Origin: Raja brachyura
Taxonomy: Eukaryota
Direction: 5' to 3'
Assembly: GCA_963514005.1 (NCBI GenBank)
Contig: OY740786.1
Location: 21,080,001-21,144,000 of the forward strand
DNA: 64,000 nucleotides
Part shown: positions 36,501 to 49,911 of the stretch, in pieces
How positions within the stretch are numbered: position 1 is the first letter of the stretch
How the letters are laid out: every line of letters begins with the position of its first letter
Notes under the pieces: generated by a model
Database searches by the model: none
What the model was told of the DNA's origin: nothing
Seen by the model: only the letters and a program-made list of their open reading frames with translations
Program-made: the position numbers and the translations under genes

Positions 36501-39500
36501 ATTGAAATAGGTGAGACGGCATAATTTAGATACCAGACACTTTATGGCAGATAATCTGTGCAGAGGTGCAGCTGCACAAAACATCCTTATTGATGCTTAT
36601 AAATGCAAAGCAATACAGGTGAGCAGTGGCGCTGGTTGATTCTAACTGTTGACCAGATGTTGAGAAATTTGTGATGCAGCTGTAAATTGCCAAGACAAGC
36701 AAAGCCATGAGATTAGCAAAGAAATTGTTATAATTATGGAATTGATTTGATGCAATGAAAAGTGCTCCAATATTGCAAGTATATTGTTATCAAGGAATGA
36801 GAAGGAAAAAAATGGCATTGGATCAAGCTAGGGTGTATCATTCAGGAATCTCACTGGGAGAAGGACCGGCACAATTATATGTTAAAGTAAAAACATATAG
36901 AAAGTAATTAGGGAATGTATGAGGACCTGTAGTTCAACTGAAAGAGCAATTCAATGTCAAACAGAACAGGCTTGTATCAGGAAAATCTTTTTGTTTTTAT
37001 GAAAACAGCGCATATTGTTTGACGCAAGTGAAATGCAATACAATTATTCCTCAATAAATTGGTCATGGCTTATTGAAATTTGTTGCCAGCTGTCTTGCAC
37101 ATTGACATTCAGGGAGTATGGTTTTATTGGTGAAAGGTTTCAGTTGAATGCTGAAGTGCAGCAACTAGACTGATTTTGTTCAGGTATTCTATGGCAAATG
37201 TTTTCACTAATAAAAATGCAAGTGTCTTCTGCAGAAGTTGGGGCATCTTAATTAAAATGATCCTTAATTAGATATTCCACTCAGATACCAAAAGTAAGAA
37301 CATTTTTACCTCTCAGTACTACTAAGTTGAGCACAATACCTGTCAGTTGCCCTTGCTTCTCACGTAATTTCATCATCTATTAGTTTTGTTAAGTATCGCA
37401 GAAGAAGAATAATTAATGATGGTAAGAATTTTGGAGACTATAATTATTGTTGGCAGTTTACTGATTTTTCCAGTACACTTGTCGTCAACCACTGATGTCA
37501 TGGTTGCCTCTCCTGGTTCCCTAGATATAACATGGATCTAAAATCTTTCTTCCTGATTGAAATTTGACAGAGGTAGGTGGACCAGGAATGCTGGAGAAAT
37601 TCCGACCTGTTTCCTGTATTCCGTCTGTATTGCATTTTTAACAGGATGATGCGTGATCAGTTTGGATGGTCACTGTTTCTTTACAGTTGGGGTACCTGCA
37701 GTGCTTTCGACCTGGTGCTGCTGCTGGGATCTGTTTTCTCATGCTTATAGTTTTATATACTTTCTTTTGTACCGTGCTGGAGGAACCGAGAATGTTATTT
37801 AATTATCAGATTATTGCAGAATGCAGCATGGTCCATAGGAAATACCAGTGAGGGTAGTTTGGAAGCAATGTACAATATTCCAATGAAGTCAATCATCAGC
37901 CCTCTCTGAATTGGGATATGTTCACCCAGAGAGGCCCTTGGAAGCTTAGCCCTGATCTTTTAGAAAGAGTAGGGAAAATGAAGGGGGCAGATAGCTTCTT
38001 CAGGATAAAAATATATCAAGATTTCCCATGGATAGGATCAACTTCAATCAATGGGAATAGCCGAGTCAATTCAAAGGCCAAGAGCAAGGAGGAAAAGATT
38101 AGGCAACAGTTGAAACCTAGCGCACATGCAATTGCTCTTCATGTTGCTAGTACACTTTCTGTCATCAGGATAGGGTTGCCTCCACAATGCATCCTAAATC
38201 AGGCTCTCCAGGGATGCACAGTTAAAAGGAAAACAAGTCACCTTAGCAAACATACTGATCTTAATATTTCAGTACGTCAAACTCGTTAAAGCAATACAGC
38301 CAGAATTGACAATGCGGAGGCATTAATATAAATGAAATAAGATGAATATTTCTTTGGGTACCACATTTGTAAATATTTGTTTGTGGTTGGAATAGATGTA
38401 TGAAGCTCACCATTTAGTTACATAAACTCTAATCTGTAAAATAGTTTTGAAATGGGAGTCTTGTATAGTTGAAGAGAGTTGTTCAGTAGAGTTTCAAGGT
38501 CAGTTTATAGTCACATGTGCCAATTAAGGTACAGTGAAATTTGAGTTTAAGTGAATCAATAGCTTAATTGAAACAGAACATGAAATTATCACAGCCTCAG
38601 TAGGAAATCGGTAATGCAGATTAAAATTATAATATTTTAATGACTTTTCACTCATTTCAGAATTATCTAGAAGTTAAATGTGTCCATCTTTTCCAGGTAA
38701 ATACTTTGAATAGAGAATGATCCATATGTTTGCACTTTAATTCTCTCTTCTTTTATAGCAGCATTGTAATTCAACAACCCAATTTCTATATGAAACCCAT
38801 GCTAGTGTTTGCTGCTACAGAAATTAAAATACTCCACATGATGGATAAGGTATTCCATATATTTACAGACAGTACAGGACTTGAAAATAGAATGAAATGG
38901 GTTAAACAACATATTAATTAAGATGTATTCATGTTTTTGTTTCATTGTTAAGATTACTTTCACCAGTACCCCTTAGTCTGTTTTATTTGCCATTGCCCAT
39001 GTAACTGTAACAGTGCAGACAATTGAGTCTTTAAGAGATTGAAAAATGTCAAATGTTTTCCAGCTACGTAATTTGAATTTGACTTGATTTTGAAGTAATC
39101 CTAGAAAGGGGGATCACTCCCAATAGAAACGCTGAAACTGCCACAGGGGCTTCATGGAAACCTTACAGTTGTGGCAATGAGTGCGCAGTATCGCTTCCCC
39201 TCAGCACACAAGGCATACCGTTGAGGTATTTGTTGTGGTGATTGGTTTTAATGCTATGTAGGTACTGAGTTATAGACCTTTTAGTTGTGCATGCTTTGTT
39301 TACCATAATTTAAAATTACTTCAGATATGTAAACTAATATAGTTAAGTTGAGAACTTTATATTTTAATGTAAGTTGTACACAATTTTTCAAGAAAAAGTG
39401 GTTTACTTATGGAAATTAATTGACGCATGATTGTAACCAGGTCCAGTTTGATTATTGAAAGCGATATGAAACTTGCTGTTTATTCATATATGGAATGATA

Positions 39501-41099
39501 TATGCTTTACTTGGAGAAAACTGCAGTAACAGTGTTGAATTAAGCATTAAATTTAACATCGTACTTTGAAAGAGATGCAAGCGTCACCAATTATTTTCAA
39601 TTTCTTCTAATTGATCTCTTATCACCCTGCTAAAACCGTTCATGTCACAGAAATATGTCGGCCATCAGGACCCCACATCAATCTTCCAAAGCTTATTTTA
39701 CTCATTTGGAATCCATCAGATTTGTGAACTTTTAAAAATCAGGTTCCATATATTGCACTTTAACATCAATGAAATGTTTTGTAGTTTGGACCTGGAAATC
39801 TGGTGTTTTAAAATGCAAAATTGACTTTAAAATACTTTCCCAATATTTATAAATTTCCCACTCTGTTTTCAAAAGCAATCCATTTTATCTATGTCAAGGT
39901 GTCTAGATTGTTGTGTCAGTAACGTCTTTCCTGACGTTATCCCACACAGTGGGATAAACTACTTTTGCGAGAGACAAATGCAACAAGAATATTATACCAA
40001 GCCTTTTCATTCATTACACACAAGTTTCGGTTCTCTGGGAAGAATGAGCTGGGATTTTCTCCATTGGTCTTGCTGCCTTATTTGCATAACTGAAACAGAA
40101 GATTGTGTTGGGAGCTCATTCCTGCCTACTCTTTCACTTTGATTCAGGCAATCTTCTGGACAGGTTGCTGGTATGCTGCTGATTCTTGACTTACCGAGTC
40201 TACTCCATGATTGACGTCCTCTTAATATCTTTGTGGGGCAGGAAGAAATCATTTGTACCATCTTTGTAGCTCATGGATGACCTTTTCCCTGTTCTCCATT
40301 TTCCTGCCTTGTCCTTTGCCCTTATTAAACAAATATCGAATTGTGCTAGAAAGCTGCTACAGTCCTAGAGGCCTCCCAACCCACTGAGCTATGAATAAAC
40401 AGGGCAATGACTTGGAAACTGCCTCATTGGAACAAGACTACATGGATTCATTCGAACTTCAGAAAATATAATTATCAACGCTCCTTCTTGAAAAGGGTTA
40501 GTAAACTTGGAGATGATTTGGGACCCACCTGTGGCTCTGTTGTGAAAACATCTGTTGTGTTGAGGATTGCACTGGAAAGCAGTTGTGGCACATTAACTGG
40601 TAGAGGAGAGATGGGGGAAAAAGGATGGCATTTTTTGCATTTGGTGGTAAGATGTGTTAGATCAATCAGATGACCTCCATATTGTTGGACGCTAGATTAT
40701 GAACATATTTTATCTGTCAATTTTATCTTGAACTTCAACGGAAAGACCTTGAATGAAATACTATTTCCAAAGAGCAGCCTGATTGAATCATCAGTAGAAG
40801 AATGGTGTAATAACATTTTTGCAACAAATAAGTGAAAAGGCTGAAATCTGTTAAGAGTACACATTAAGCTTCTAAAGAGCTACATTATCATGAACCTGGT
40901 TTAGAAGGAAACCGAACTAATTTCAAAGATCAGTACCGGAATTAAAAAAAAAAGCTTTTTATATTTTGAAGTCAGCTGATTTTCTAAGATGCTCACAGTG
41001 ATTCCATGAATGGGCTGTGTATGCAAAGCACAATATTGGAAGTTTGGCTTGCATCAGAATTGGAAAATAATGAATAGTTTGAAGCTTAACTCTGAATTT

Positions 41100-42000
41100 C
41101 ATTACTTCAGACAGGAAGATGGTGGTCAGTTGTCCCAGCCCTAGAACACTGAAGGATTTTATCAGGACAATGTCCTGGGCCTAATGGACTTTCTCTATTT
41201 CATCAATGATTACTCAAAGCCATTTGCGACTTCAGCAACTAAAGTAGCTCATATCTGCATGCAGCAAGACGGAAACATTGTTCAAATGGGGACTAGTAAG
41301 TAACCAGTAGCACCTATGCCACAAAATTGTCAGGCATTGGACATTTCCACGAAAAGAAAATCTATTGCCCTAACCTTAATGTTGAATGACATTTTCATCA
41401 CTGAGTCACATTGAAAATGTGACTCGCCCATCAAAATCCAATGGGTCATTTATAAGAACTTAACTGGTCTACCCAGATAAATGCTATGGCTGCATTAATT
41501 CAGAGGCTGGATATTCTATATTCATTCTCCTGACATAACAATATAAGACTCAAATCAGAAGCAGGATGTAATATTCTCCAATTACCTGGACGAGTGAAAC
41601 CCCGACAACTCGGGTTCAATACCATCTAAGTCAAAGCAGTCTGCTTGATTGGAAGTCCATCAACCATCCTAAACATTCATTTCCCACACCACTGGCGTAC
41701 AATTGCTGCAGTGCCTGCCATTTGCAAGATTTCCAGCAGTTACTCAACCAGGCTTTTCTGACAGGACTATTCAAACCTGAGAACTCTGCCACTGCGCAGA
41801 TGTTATCGGTGCTTGAGGACTCCACCACCTCCAAGAATTCCGTCCAAATTCCACACCATCGTGAGTAGGAAATTGCCTTACATTGCCTGGATCTAAATTC
41901 TGGAATTGCTTTTGTGCAAAATGCTGCAATTTCACCAGAAGGATCGCAGCTGTTCAAAGTGCACCACCTCAAGATAACTGACCATACGCTTCACCCTGAA
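41100..42000 (+). mobile_element. Highly degraded old LINE (CR1/L2 clade) RT and 3' end
   Basis: Remnant of QGSVLGP..F..FIND (CAGGACAATGTCCTGGGCCTAATGGACTTTCTCTATTTCATCAATGA); 3' part resembles 26960-27170. Confidence 0.45.
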
Positions 42001-42671
42001 AATTAGTGGGAGAAAAACAAGGCAAGGAATATTTTAAGAATCCAGAAAAATTAGCTTTTTAGCTATTAGGCATGAAAAAGAAATGATGTCAGGTATTGTA
42101 AAGCAGAGTAGCACAAGGGTACTTTGAGGATGCCAGGTTTTATTAAAATATGGGATTCAACAGAGCTGGTGATCATGATGGAGGACAAGAAAGAGCATTA
42201 ATTCTGTTTCAAGATCATCAAAATGGAGTTGGAGGCAAAAGGTGTCGTCGAGAAAATCCTGTACGGGAATGTGGCCATTCTATTGCTAACATTTTGATAT
42301 TTAAATGAATATATTTTATAAAGGTGGACTTTCCCATCATCACAGCAGCGGAGATTGTATTCTTGTATTATTTTCAGAACCTGCATCGTTTAAACTATCA
42401 ATCTTGATCGAGATTTAAAAATTGACATAAGTCTTATCTATATCGAGGTGCTGTTCAACACTTTTGTTCTTGGTGCATATTCCTCAATAGATTTATGTTG
42501 GGTGTGCCAAATGAATAATGAGGGGGGTTGTTTTTTTTTTAAGATTGTTGAATTAATATGAGGAATTCCAGAAATTAGAGTCAGACACTGATGCAAGATT
42601 GACATCGAAGAAGTGTTAATACACCTGAATTGCCTTGGTATGGAAGGCCACGTGCTGAAACTTGGGATTAA

Positions 42672-43930
42672 TGTGAGTGGGTGGAAGCCATTGGTCATGG
42701 TGGACATGATCGAGTCAAGTCGAGTTATTATCGTACATATGAGAATCTTGCTTGCAACGACATCACAGGCACATATACAAAAATGCACAATTCTGCAAGA
42801 CAATTAAAAAAAAAAATTAAAAAAAAACAAGTCCATGGTAGTGCAAGAGGGGTCCATACTATTCCATTGTCGAAACAATATAAGGGTTGTGCAGATTGAT
42901 TCAAGAACCCGATAGTTGTAAGAAAATAGCTGTACCTGAACCTGGTGGTGTACGACCTTGGGTTCCTGCACCTACTGCCCGAAGGTAGCAATAGAAATAG
43001 GACATGGGCCCCTTAATGATAGATACTTTCTTCTTAAGGGAGTACCTCAAGTAGATGCTTTTGATGGTGTGAAGAACTGTGCTCATGATGGACTGGGTTG
43101 AATCCACCACTCTGAGCAGCCTTTGATTTGGAATTGCTGTTTGTTAGAGTATTCTGAGACATGTTGAATCTTTCTAAACTTCTAAGAAAGCAGAGGAGTT
43201 GGCGTGCCGCCTTCGTGATCACATCTATGTGCTGGGCCCAGGACGGATCATCTGGGATGTTAAAGGCCAGGAATTTGACGCTGCTGACTCTCTCCAGAGC
43301 TGACCCACCAATGAAAAATGGCACTTGGTCTCCTGACTCCCCTGTGTGAAATCAATATTTAGATCTTGGCCAAAACACAAAGATTGAAGTAATTCAGCCG
43401 GTTGGACAGCATCTAAAATGGATAGGCGGAAATTCTCATTAGTTCCATGGTCTTGTTAAGAGTTAGGGTTAGAGATTATTGTTGTGGCACAACTCAACCA
43501 GGTGTCTATCTCCTGTACACAGACTCAACCACAGTGGTGCTGTTGGCTAATTCATTGATGGAATTGGAGCTGTGCTTAACCACACAGTCATGAGTGTAAG
43601 GAAAGTGGACGTGGGACTAAGTGGGTAGTCTTGAGGCGCACCTGTGCTGATGGTCAGTGAGAAGCAGATGTTGTTGCCTATAGGCACTGATTGAGGTCTG
43701 CCGATGCGGAAGTCAAGGATCCAGTGATAAATGGAGGTACAAAGGACCAGATCTTGGAGCTTGTTGATGAGTTTGAAGTGGATGATGGTGTTGCATGCTG
43801 CAGTTGACGAACAGCAGCCTGACATATGTTACTGTTATCCAGATGGTCCAGAGCAGAGTGGAGAGCCACTGATGGAGCATCTGCAGTTGACCAAGGCAAC
43901 TTGAAGCGGACCCAGGCCAAATGCCATGTT
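42672..43930 (-). mobile_element. Rex1/Babar LINE RT fragment (CR1 3' UTR piece at the left)
   Basis: NTIIHFKLINKLQDL...HWILDFRIGRPQSV...LTISTGAPQ and ERVSSVKFLAFNIPDDPSWAQHI...KAARQLLCFLRSL. Confidence 0.8.
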
Positions 43931-45585
43931 TTCATGCTGCATGGCTGTGAGCAATGCACAAACTTTATTAAAATATGTACTTTGGTGTATCGTTCAAGTA
44001 TTTCTCCTCAAGCTGCAGTCCTTATCGAATAGTTTCAATTTCTTTCATTGGGTTGCTTTTGAAAATGGTATATTATATTTTTTGGAGATATGAATCTTTT
44101 ATTTAATCAAGTTAAAATTATTCCCACTTAAGTGTACACGCTCTTATAACATTACACCCTTTTTCATTAACCTCTTCCCACTGCTATTCATAATATTTGT
44201 ATTACTAACTGGAACCGTATCTATTCACACAACTTTTAAGCATTGCCTTTGCAAATTAAATGGTAATCCAAGGTAGCGAGTGCATGCTTCAGCATTTCTC
44301 CGCTGTTTGAAGCTATTCAGCAAAATGTAAGGTTAGAGAGTTGAAGGGAATTGGTGGAAATCAATGCAATGTGGGTAAGTTGAGTAGAAAACGTTTTACA
44401 CTCTGTCTGAGAATGGCCACATCGGTACAGGAACATTTTTAATTGCAATGTTTGTTGGGAGTGTTCCTGGTAATGCATTTACCATCATATGTCTATCTAT
44501 AACAAAGCATTTTCCAATACAATTTATTTTCTACCGCACTCTTCATCTGCAAAGAAGTTGGCATTGGATCAACTTATCTTTACAGCCTTTCCAATGAGGC
44601 TCAAGTTCCCCACATTTCTGCTTCCATTTTAGATTTGACCCCCGGCTGAACTTCCTTCTGGTAAGCTGCTACAAAGTAGTTTTGGTCCATCAGTCATCCA
44701 ACATTGCAGACGCAGGATCAGGTTGCAGGAGTCATGCCTTTTTCACCATGCTGAACTCAGTTGTTTTAGTACACTGCGTCACCTGCCTGCTCCTGTTTGC
44801 CACTAGTTCTTCATGCTCCTTACTGCACACTGACATTTTGTCACTGCTTCACATATTCATCAAGATAATCCAAATTCAAGCTATATAACACTGAGTGCAC
44901 GTTTCCAGTGACAGTGACTGATCGTGGCAGTTACTGTTGTCTCCATGGTTTACTGAAGTTGACCACATACAGTCGGGTGCAACCATGCTGCTTTTAGAGT
45001 CATTGAAGATGGGCAATTTCTATCAGAATCAGAGCGCCCAATCATTGCTCATTGGCCTGAGTGGGTTTCAAAACAACCAATTAACATCTCTTTAGAGATT
45101 AAAAAAAAATCTCTTGTGCAATGCCCCAGGAATAGACCCCAGGGAATGGACGGGTTTACTCAGCCCTACATCACACTGTTTCCAGCTATGCTGCTGTCAG
45201 AAGTTTATTTTTATGGATGTTGAAACCGTGTGTTTCTTGTGAATGGCCAGACTTGGTCTATAGTGTCCTGAAATCTTGGCTATTGGCACAGAGGCCTCGC
45301 GGATCATAATTCAAAGAGTTGTCTCCTGCATCCTACTGCAACTTAAGAATACTGCTTTGCAGATTCTCTGCCTGGTGATGTTTCAGAGATCTTGTTGATA
45401 CCATTGCTTCCATCAACTTCAGCAAGTTCACTCAACTTCAGCAAGTTCACTCCATCTCGGGTTTGCATTATCTTTGCTGCTCAGATCTTAGCGTGATACT
45501 CCAACCTTTACCGTTTCTTATTTTATTGGTTTCATGGGAAATGCTTTCAGGAAACCAAGGATTTTCAATTTTCCAATGATATTAT

Positions 45586-46053
45586 TTTACTGGAGACTAC
45601 TGGAGAGACAGTTGACGGCACCCGGGAACGGCTGGGTTAGCACCCCAGTCTGTGTCTTTCATGAGAAAGACACCCAACAAAGCTACGGAAAGGCCTAATG
45701 AACCTTCGTGGCCTAAACATCCATCAGGCGAGAATGAAATGCTCGGAGAAGGAGAAAGAGGTGCAGTGCACAGGCCTTGAAACTGGTGAGACGCAGGAGG
45801 AGTCCGGCCGGGAGTCACCCCACAGAGCCCAGTCCCTCCATCCACTAGAGTCTCCCAACCCCTGCAGAGTAGTTATTAAGATGGCTGATCCGTGGGCGGT
45901 TGCTGCTGGGACGCAAGTCGGGGCCTGATCAACCCCGGCTAGGTCGCCTGGGCGAGGGTGTCTGATATTGTGAGACCCAAAACACCCGATGACCCCAGGT
46001 CACATCACTGCAGATGCGTCCCAGCTCATCTAGAAGATGTAATTGTTCACATA
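45586..46053 (+). mobile_element. Internally deleted HERO (R2-group, restriction-like endonuclease) retrotransposon derivative
   Basis: ORF 45698-45928 joins a HERO-like N-terminal zinc-finger tail (LRGLNIHQARMKC...GETQEESGRESPHRAQSL) to a HERO-like C-terminus (ADPWAVAAGTQVGA*), followed by a HERO-type 3' UTR (TGATCAACCCCGGCTAGGTCGCCTGGGCGAGGGTGTCTGA...ACACCCGATGACCCCAGG). Assignment from recalled fish HERO sequences. Confidence 0.65.
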
Positions 46054-46989
46054 GTGTCACTTACTGCACGTCTGAGCTTGTGTGTTATATTTGACAGCAT
46101 TTGTGTGGCGTAATTGTATAAGGAACTCAGCAACCACTGGATTACCATTTGGGTTACCCGATGGCACCTGCTCACCTGCCTTTAGATTTTCTCAGATCGA
46201 CTCCAAATACTGCTCTTCCATCTGCCTTCAGATGCAGATGTTTCATGGCTAGAGTTGGACATTATTACTTTAAAGTTGGGCTTTACCTAATTGACAGAAG
46301 AAGTCCTTGCCTGAAGCTTTGGTTATTTGTATATTACAAATGATGTGTGAACTTTGCACATATCTAATAGGCTTTACCCAATTACAGATAATTACCTTAG
46401 AACTTTATTTCCTTTGGGAAGTTTAATAACTTTTTCTTGTATTATATAAATAATACTCATTATTCCCAAATTACGATGTTTGAAGCAATATCACCTGATT
46501 TGTGTAGAAGAGGATGAAGAAAAAAATAGTTTAGCTTGGGCTTTAGATATTGATGTTACTCATGTACATACACATGTGTCAGGTCTACTTGCTTTTGACC
46601 ATGCAGCACAAATACATGTATTTTGTCTTATTTTACTCGACATTTGGATCCTGTTAAATTGTCTGATGCTTGATTATTGGATCTGAATTATCTTCTTACA
46701 TGGTACACATGCATAGGATCCACAATATTGCTGCTGCTTGACGGTTGCTTTTCTTGTGCCGGCATCTAGCATTAAATTGCATTGTCAGTATTTCTAATCA
46801 ATCTAGTTGTGTCAAATATTGTATCACTGAAGTTTTGAACACTTGGGTAAAAGTTTGCAAAAGGTTTCATTGAGACTGAAACTGCGGTTAAATAAACAGT
46901 TGATAATCTCTATCTGTCCTTTCATTACTTGATCACAAGGTGCTCTTCGTAGTTAAGGAAACGTTAATTATAGTTGATTAACGTTGGAG

Positions 46990-47187
46990 ACGAGACAGCA
47001 GACGCTGGAATGAGCAAAAATAAAATGCTGGAGGAACTCAACATATCAGGTCGCATCTGTGGAGGGTCATGGACAGGCAATATATCTGGTGGGGACACCC
47101 CTCAGACTGATCAGTCTGAAGAAGTGTCCCGACTTGAAACATCGACTGCCTGACCTGCTGAGTCTCCAGCAGTTTGTTATTTTGCTT
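46990..47187. mobile_element. Diverged inverted-arm hammerhead-bearing element
   Basis: Palindromic centre TCAGACTGATCAGTCTGAAGAAGTGTCCCGACTTGAAAC with arms TGCTGGAGGAACTCA and TGAGTCTCCAGCA. Confidence 0.6.
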
Positions 47188-48245
47188 ATAATTAAAACAT
47201 TTCATTGATTTCCACCTCCTCTCGGGAATGTTCAAAGACCGAATAAGCATAATCTAGCTAGAAATTGAAAAATGACCCATTTTAAGAAAATAAAATTTTC
47301 AAAGAATATTTTGTGTTTGCATTTAGCATATGTTTTCGGTTTATTGTTTTCTCTCTAAAGTGTTAGGTTGAATCTGAAACAGGAAGCTCGGTGGTAGTTG
47401 GCAACAGTTGCAGACTTTGTAGCTTGTTCGGTGTGACATTATTATTGCAGATTTAACCTTTTCACAAATTGCACTTTTATGAAACATTCTTATAAATAAA
47501 ATGCTCATTTTATTTTATTAAACGCTTCCTGAAACCCTGGCATAACAGTTTTATCCACTCTAATGAAAATCTGGCTTTTAATACTATCATCTCAAATAGG
47601 TGTTATTTGATTTCTAAGTCTGTGGGACAAGAAAAGTTTGGAAAATCATGCCCAAGGACTCAATAACCGGGAAGTATGGTTCACGTTCATAAACCAATTC
47701 ATTCCAGTGCACTTTATATGGAGTCAAACAGAATTTGGTATGAAAATATTATTGATCAAAAGATTGGTCTTTGTGGTTTCAAGGAGTGTTTTGAGGTAGC
47801 AAAGAAGTAGAAGTTGTGATGAGAAAGTGAGGGGGGGTGTTATCTAAATGTACCAATATGAGAGCTTTCTGGGTCTGAATCTGAAAGAAGATTCATATAG
47901 CAAATGGCAAGGCAAGGAGCGACGATGTGTAAAGAGTCAGACCTTATAATTGTAAAGTATTAGGCCGCAGTAATGAAACATCGGGGGGGGGGGGGGGGGA
48001 TGCAACATTAGCCTGCAGCTAGCCTGAAAAAAACTAGATCCTTCCGAGATGAAGAGGATTTCGATATTTCCAATATACTCTGCCTTCCATAATGTTTGGC
48101 ACAAAGACCCGTCATTTACTTATTTGCCTCTGATCTCCACAATTTGAGATTTGTAATTAAAAAATCACATGTGGTTGAAGTGCACATTGTCAGATTTTAT
48201 TAAAGGGTATTTCACCATGTTGAAATTACAGCTGTGTTTATACAT

Positions 48246-48985
48246 CACAAAAACAATAATATTTTATTAGCCAAGTATGTTTTGCAACATACGAGGAATT
48301 TAATTTGCCATGTTAGTCATACAGATAAATAGCAATGGAACACACAAAACACATTTTAACATAAACATCCATCACAGTGAGCCTCCACATTCCTCACTGT
48401 GATGGAAGGCGAAAAAAAAGTTACATCTCTTCCCTTTGCTCTCCCACGCTCGGGGGCCGCGAGCCCTCTGTTGACGGGATGTTCTTGACTCCCGTAGCCA
48501 GCGGCGGGCCCTCCACGTCGAGGCGATCAGCTCCTGCATCGGGGGGATATAAGCTCCCCCGCACTGGACGATCGAACCCCACCTCGGGCTGGTCGAACCT
48601 TCGGCGACATTGGAGCTCCCGACATCCATGGCCTCTCCTGAGACTGCGAGCTCCCGATGTAAAGTCCACAGGCCGCGGTTGGAGCGATCCCAGGCAAGGG
48701 ATTGACTCCGATGTTAAGTCCACGCCTCCGCGGTGGGGCCCAAGGTCAGTCCGACGAGACCTCCAGCTCCATCGATGGTAGGCCGCAGAGCGACCTGAGA
48801 ATGTGATCCAAAAATTAATCGCGTCTCTGATAAGGTAAGAAACTGGAAAAAAAGTTTCCCCCTCCCCCAAACATAAAACCAGAGAACATTTACACAGACG
48901 TTTAGCACACTAAAATTTGTTTTAAATGGCGAAAAAACAAACAGACTGTTGGTGGGGCTGCCAATCATGCAGCGCCCCTGGTGGT
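48246..48985 (-). mobile_element. GC-rich non-coding element inserted in the Tc1 left TIR
   Basis: Interrupts TTTATACAT|AGTCCCCCC (intact in the right TIR); shares the CCATCACAGTGA...TCACTGTGATGG hairpin and CCGATGTTAAGTCC motifs with 27754-28280. Confidence 0.6.
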
Positions 48986-49578
48986 CATAGTCCCCCCCCC
49001 CCCCATTTCAGGGTACCATAATGTTTGGGACACAAGGCTTCACAGGCATTTGTAATTGTGCCTGTGAGTTTAATTGCCTCCTTGATGCAGGTATAAGAGA
49101 ACTCTCAGCACCTATTCTTTCCTCCGGTCTTTCCATCACCTTTGGAAACTTTTATTGCTGTTTATCAACATGAAGACCAAAGTTGTGCCAATTAAAGTCA
49201 AAGAAGCTATTATGACACTGAGAAACAAGAATAAAACTAGAGACATCAGCCAAACCTTAGGCTTATCAAAATCAACTGTTTGGAACATCATTAAGAAGAA
49301 AGCACTGGTGAGCTTACTAATCACAAAGGGACTGGCAGGCCAAGGAAGAGCTCCACAGCTGATGATAGAAGAATTATATTTATAATAAAGAAAAATACCC
49401 AAACACCTGTCTGACAGATCAGAAACACACTTCAGGAGTCAGGTGTGAATTTGTCAATGACCACTGACCGCAGAAAACTTCATGAACAGAAATACAGAGG
49501 CCACACTGCCAGATGCAAACCACTGGTTAGCCGCAAAAAAAAGATGGCTGGATTACAGTTTGCCAAAAAGTACTTAAA

Positions 49579-49911
49579 CAGAAACATAGAAAATAGGTTC
49601 AGGAGGAGGCCATTCGGCCCTTCGAGCCAGCACCGCCATTCATTGTGATCATGGCTGATCGTCCCCAATCAATAACCCGTGCCTGCCTTCTCCCCACATC
49701 CCTTGATTCCACTAGCCCCTAGAGCTCTATCTAACTCTCACTTAAATCCATCTAGTGATTTGGCCTCCCCTGCCCTTTCTGGCAGGGAATTCCACAAATT
49801 CACAACTCTCTGGGTGAAAAAGTTTTTTCTCACCTCAGTCTTAAATGGCCTCCAGGATCTGGACTAGCCCAACATCGGGAACATTTTTCCTGCATCTAGC
49901 TTGTCCAGTCC
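49579..49911 (-). mobile_element. CR1 3' fragment inserted in the Tc1 transposase
   Basis: Splits QFAKKYL|KEQPQFWKK; typical CR1 3' UTR in reverse. Confidence 0.85.

Noticed and set aside
45411-45452. Short direct duplications (also about 1684-1727, 52873-52913, 56271-56292)
   Set aside because: Ordinary slippage duplications with no further structure.
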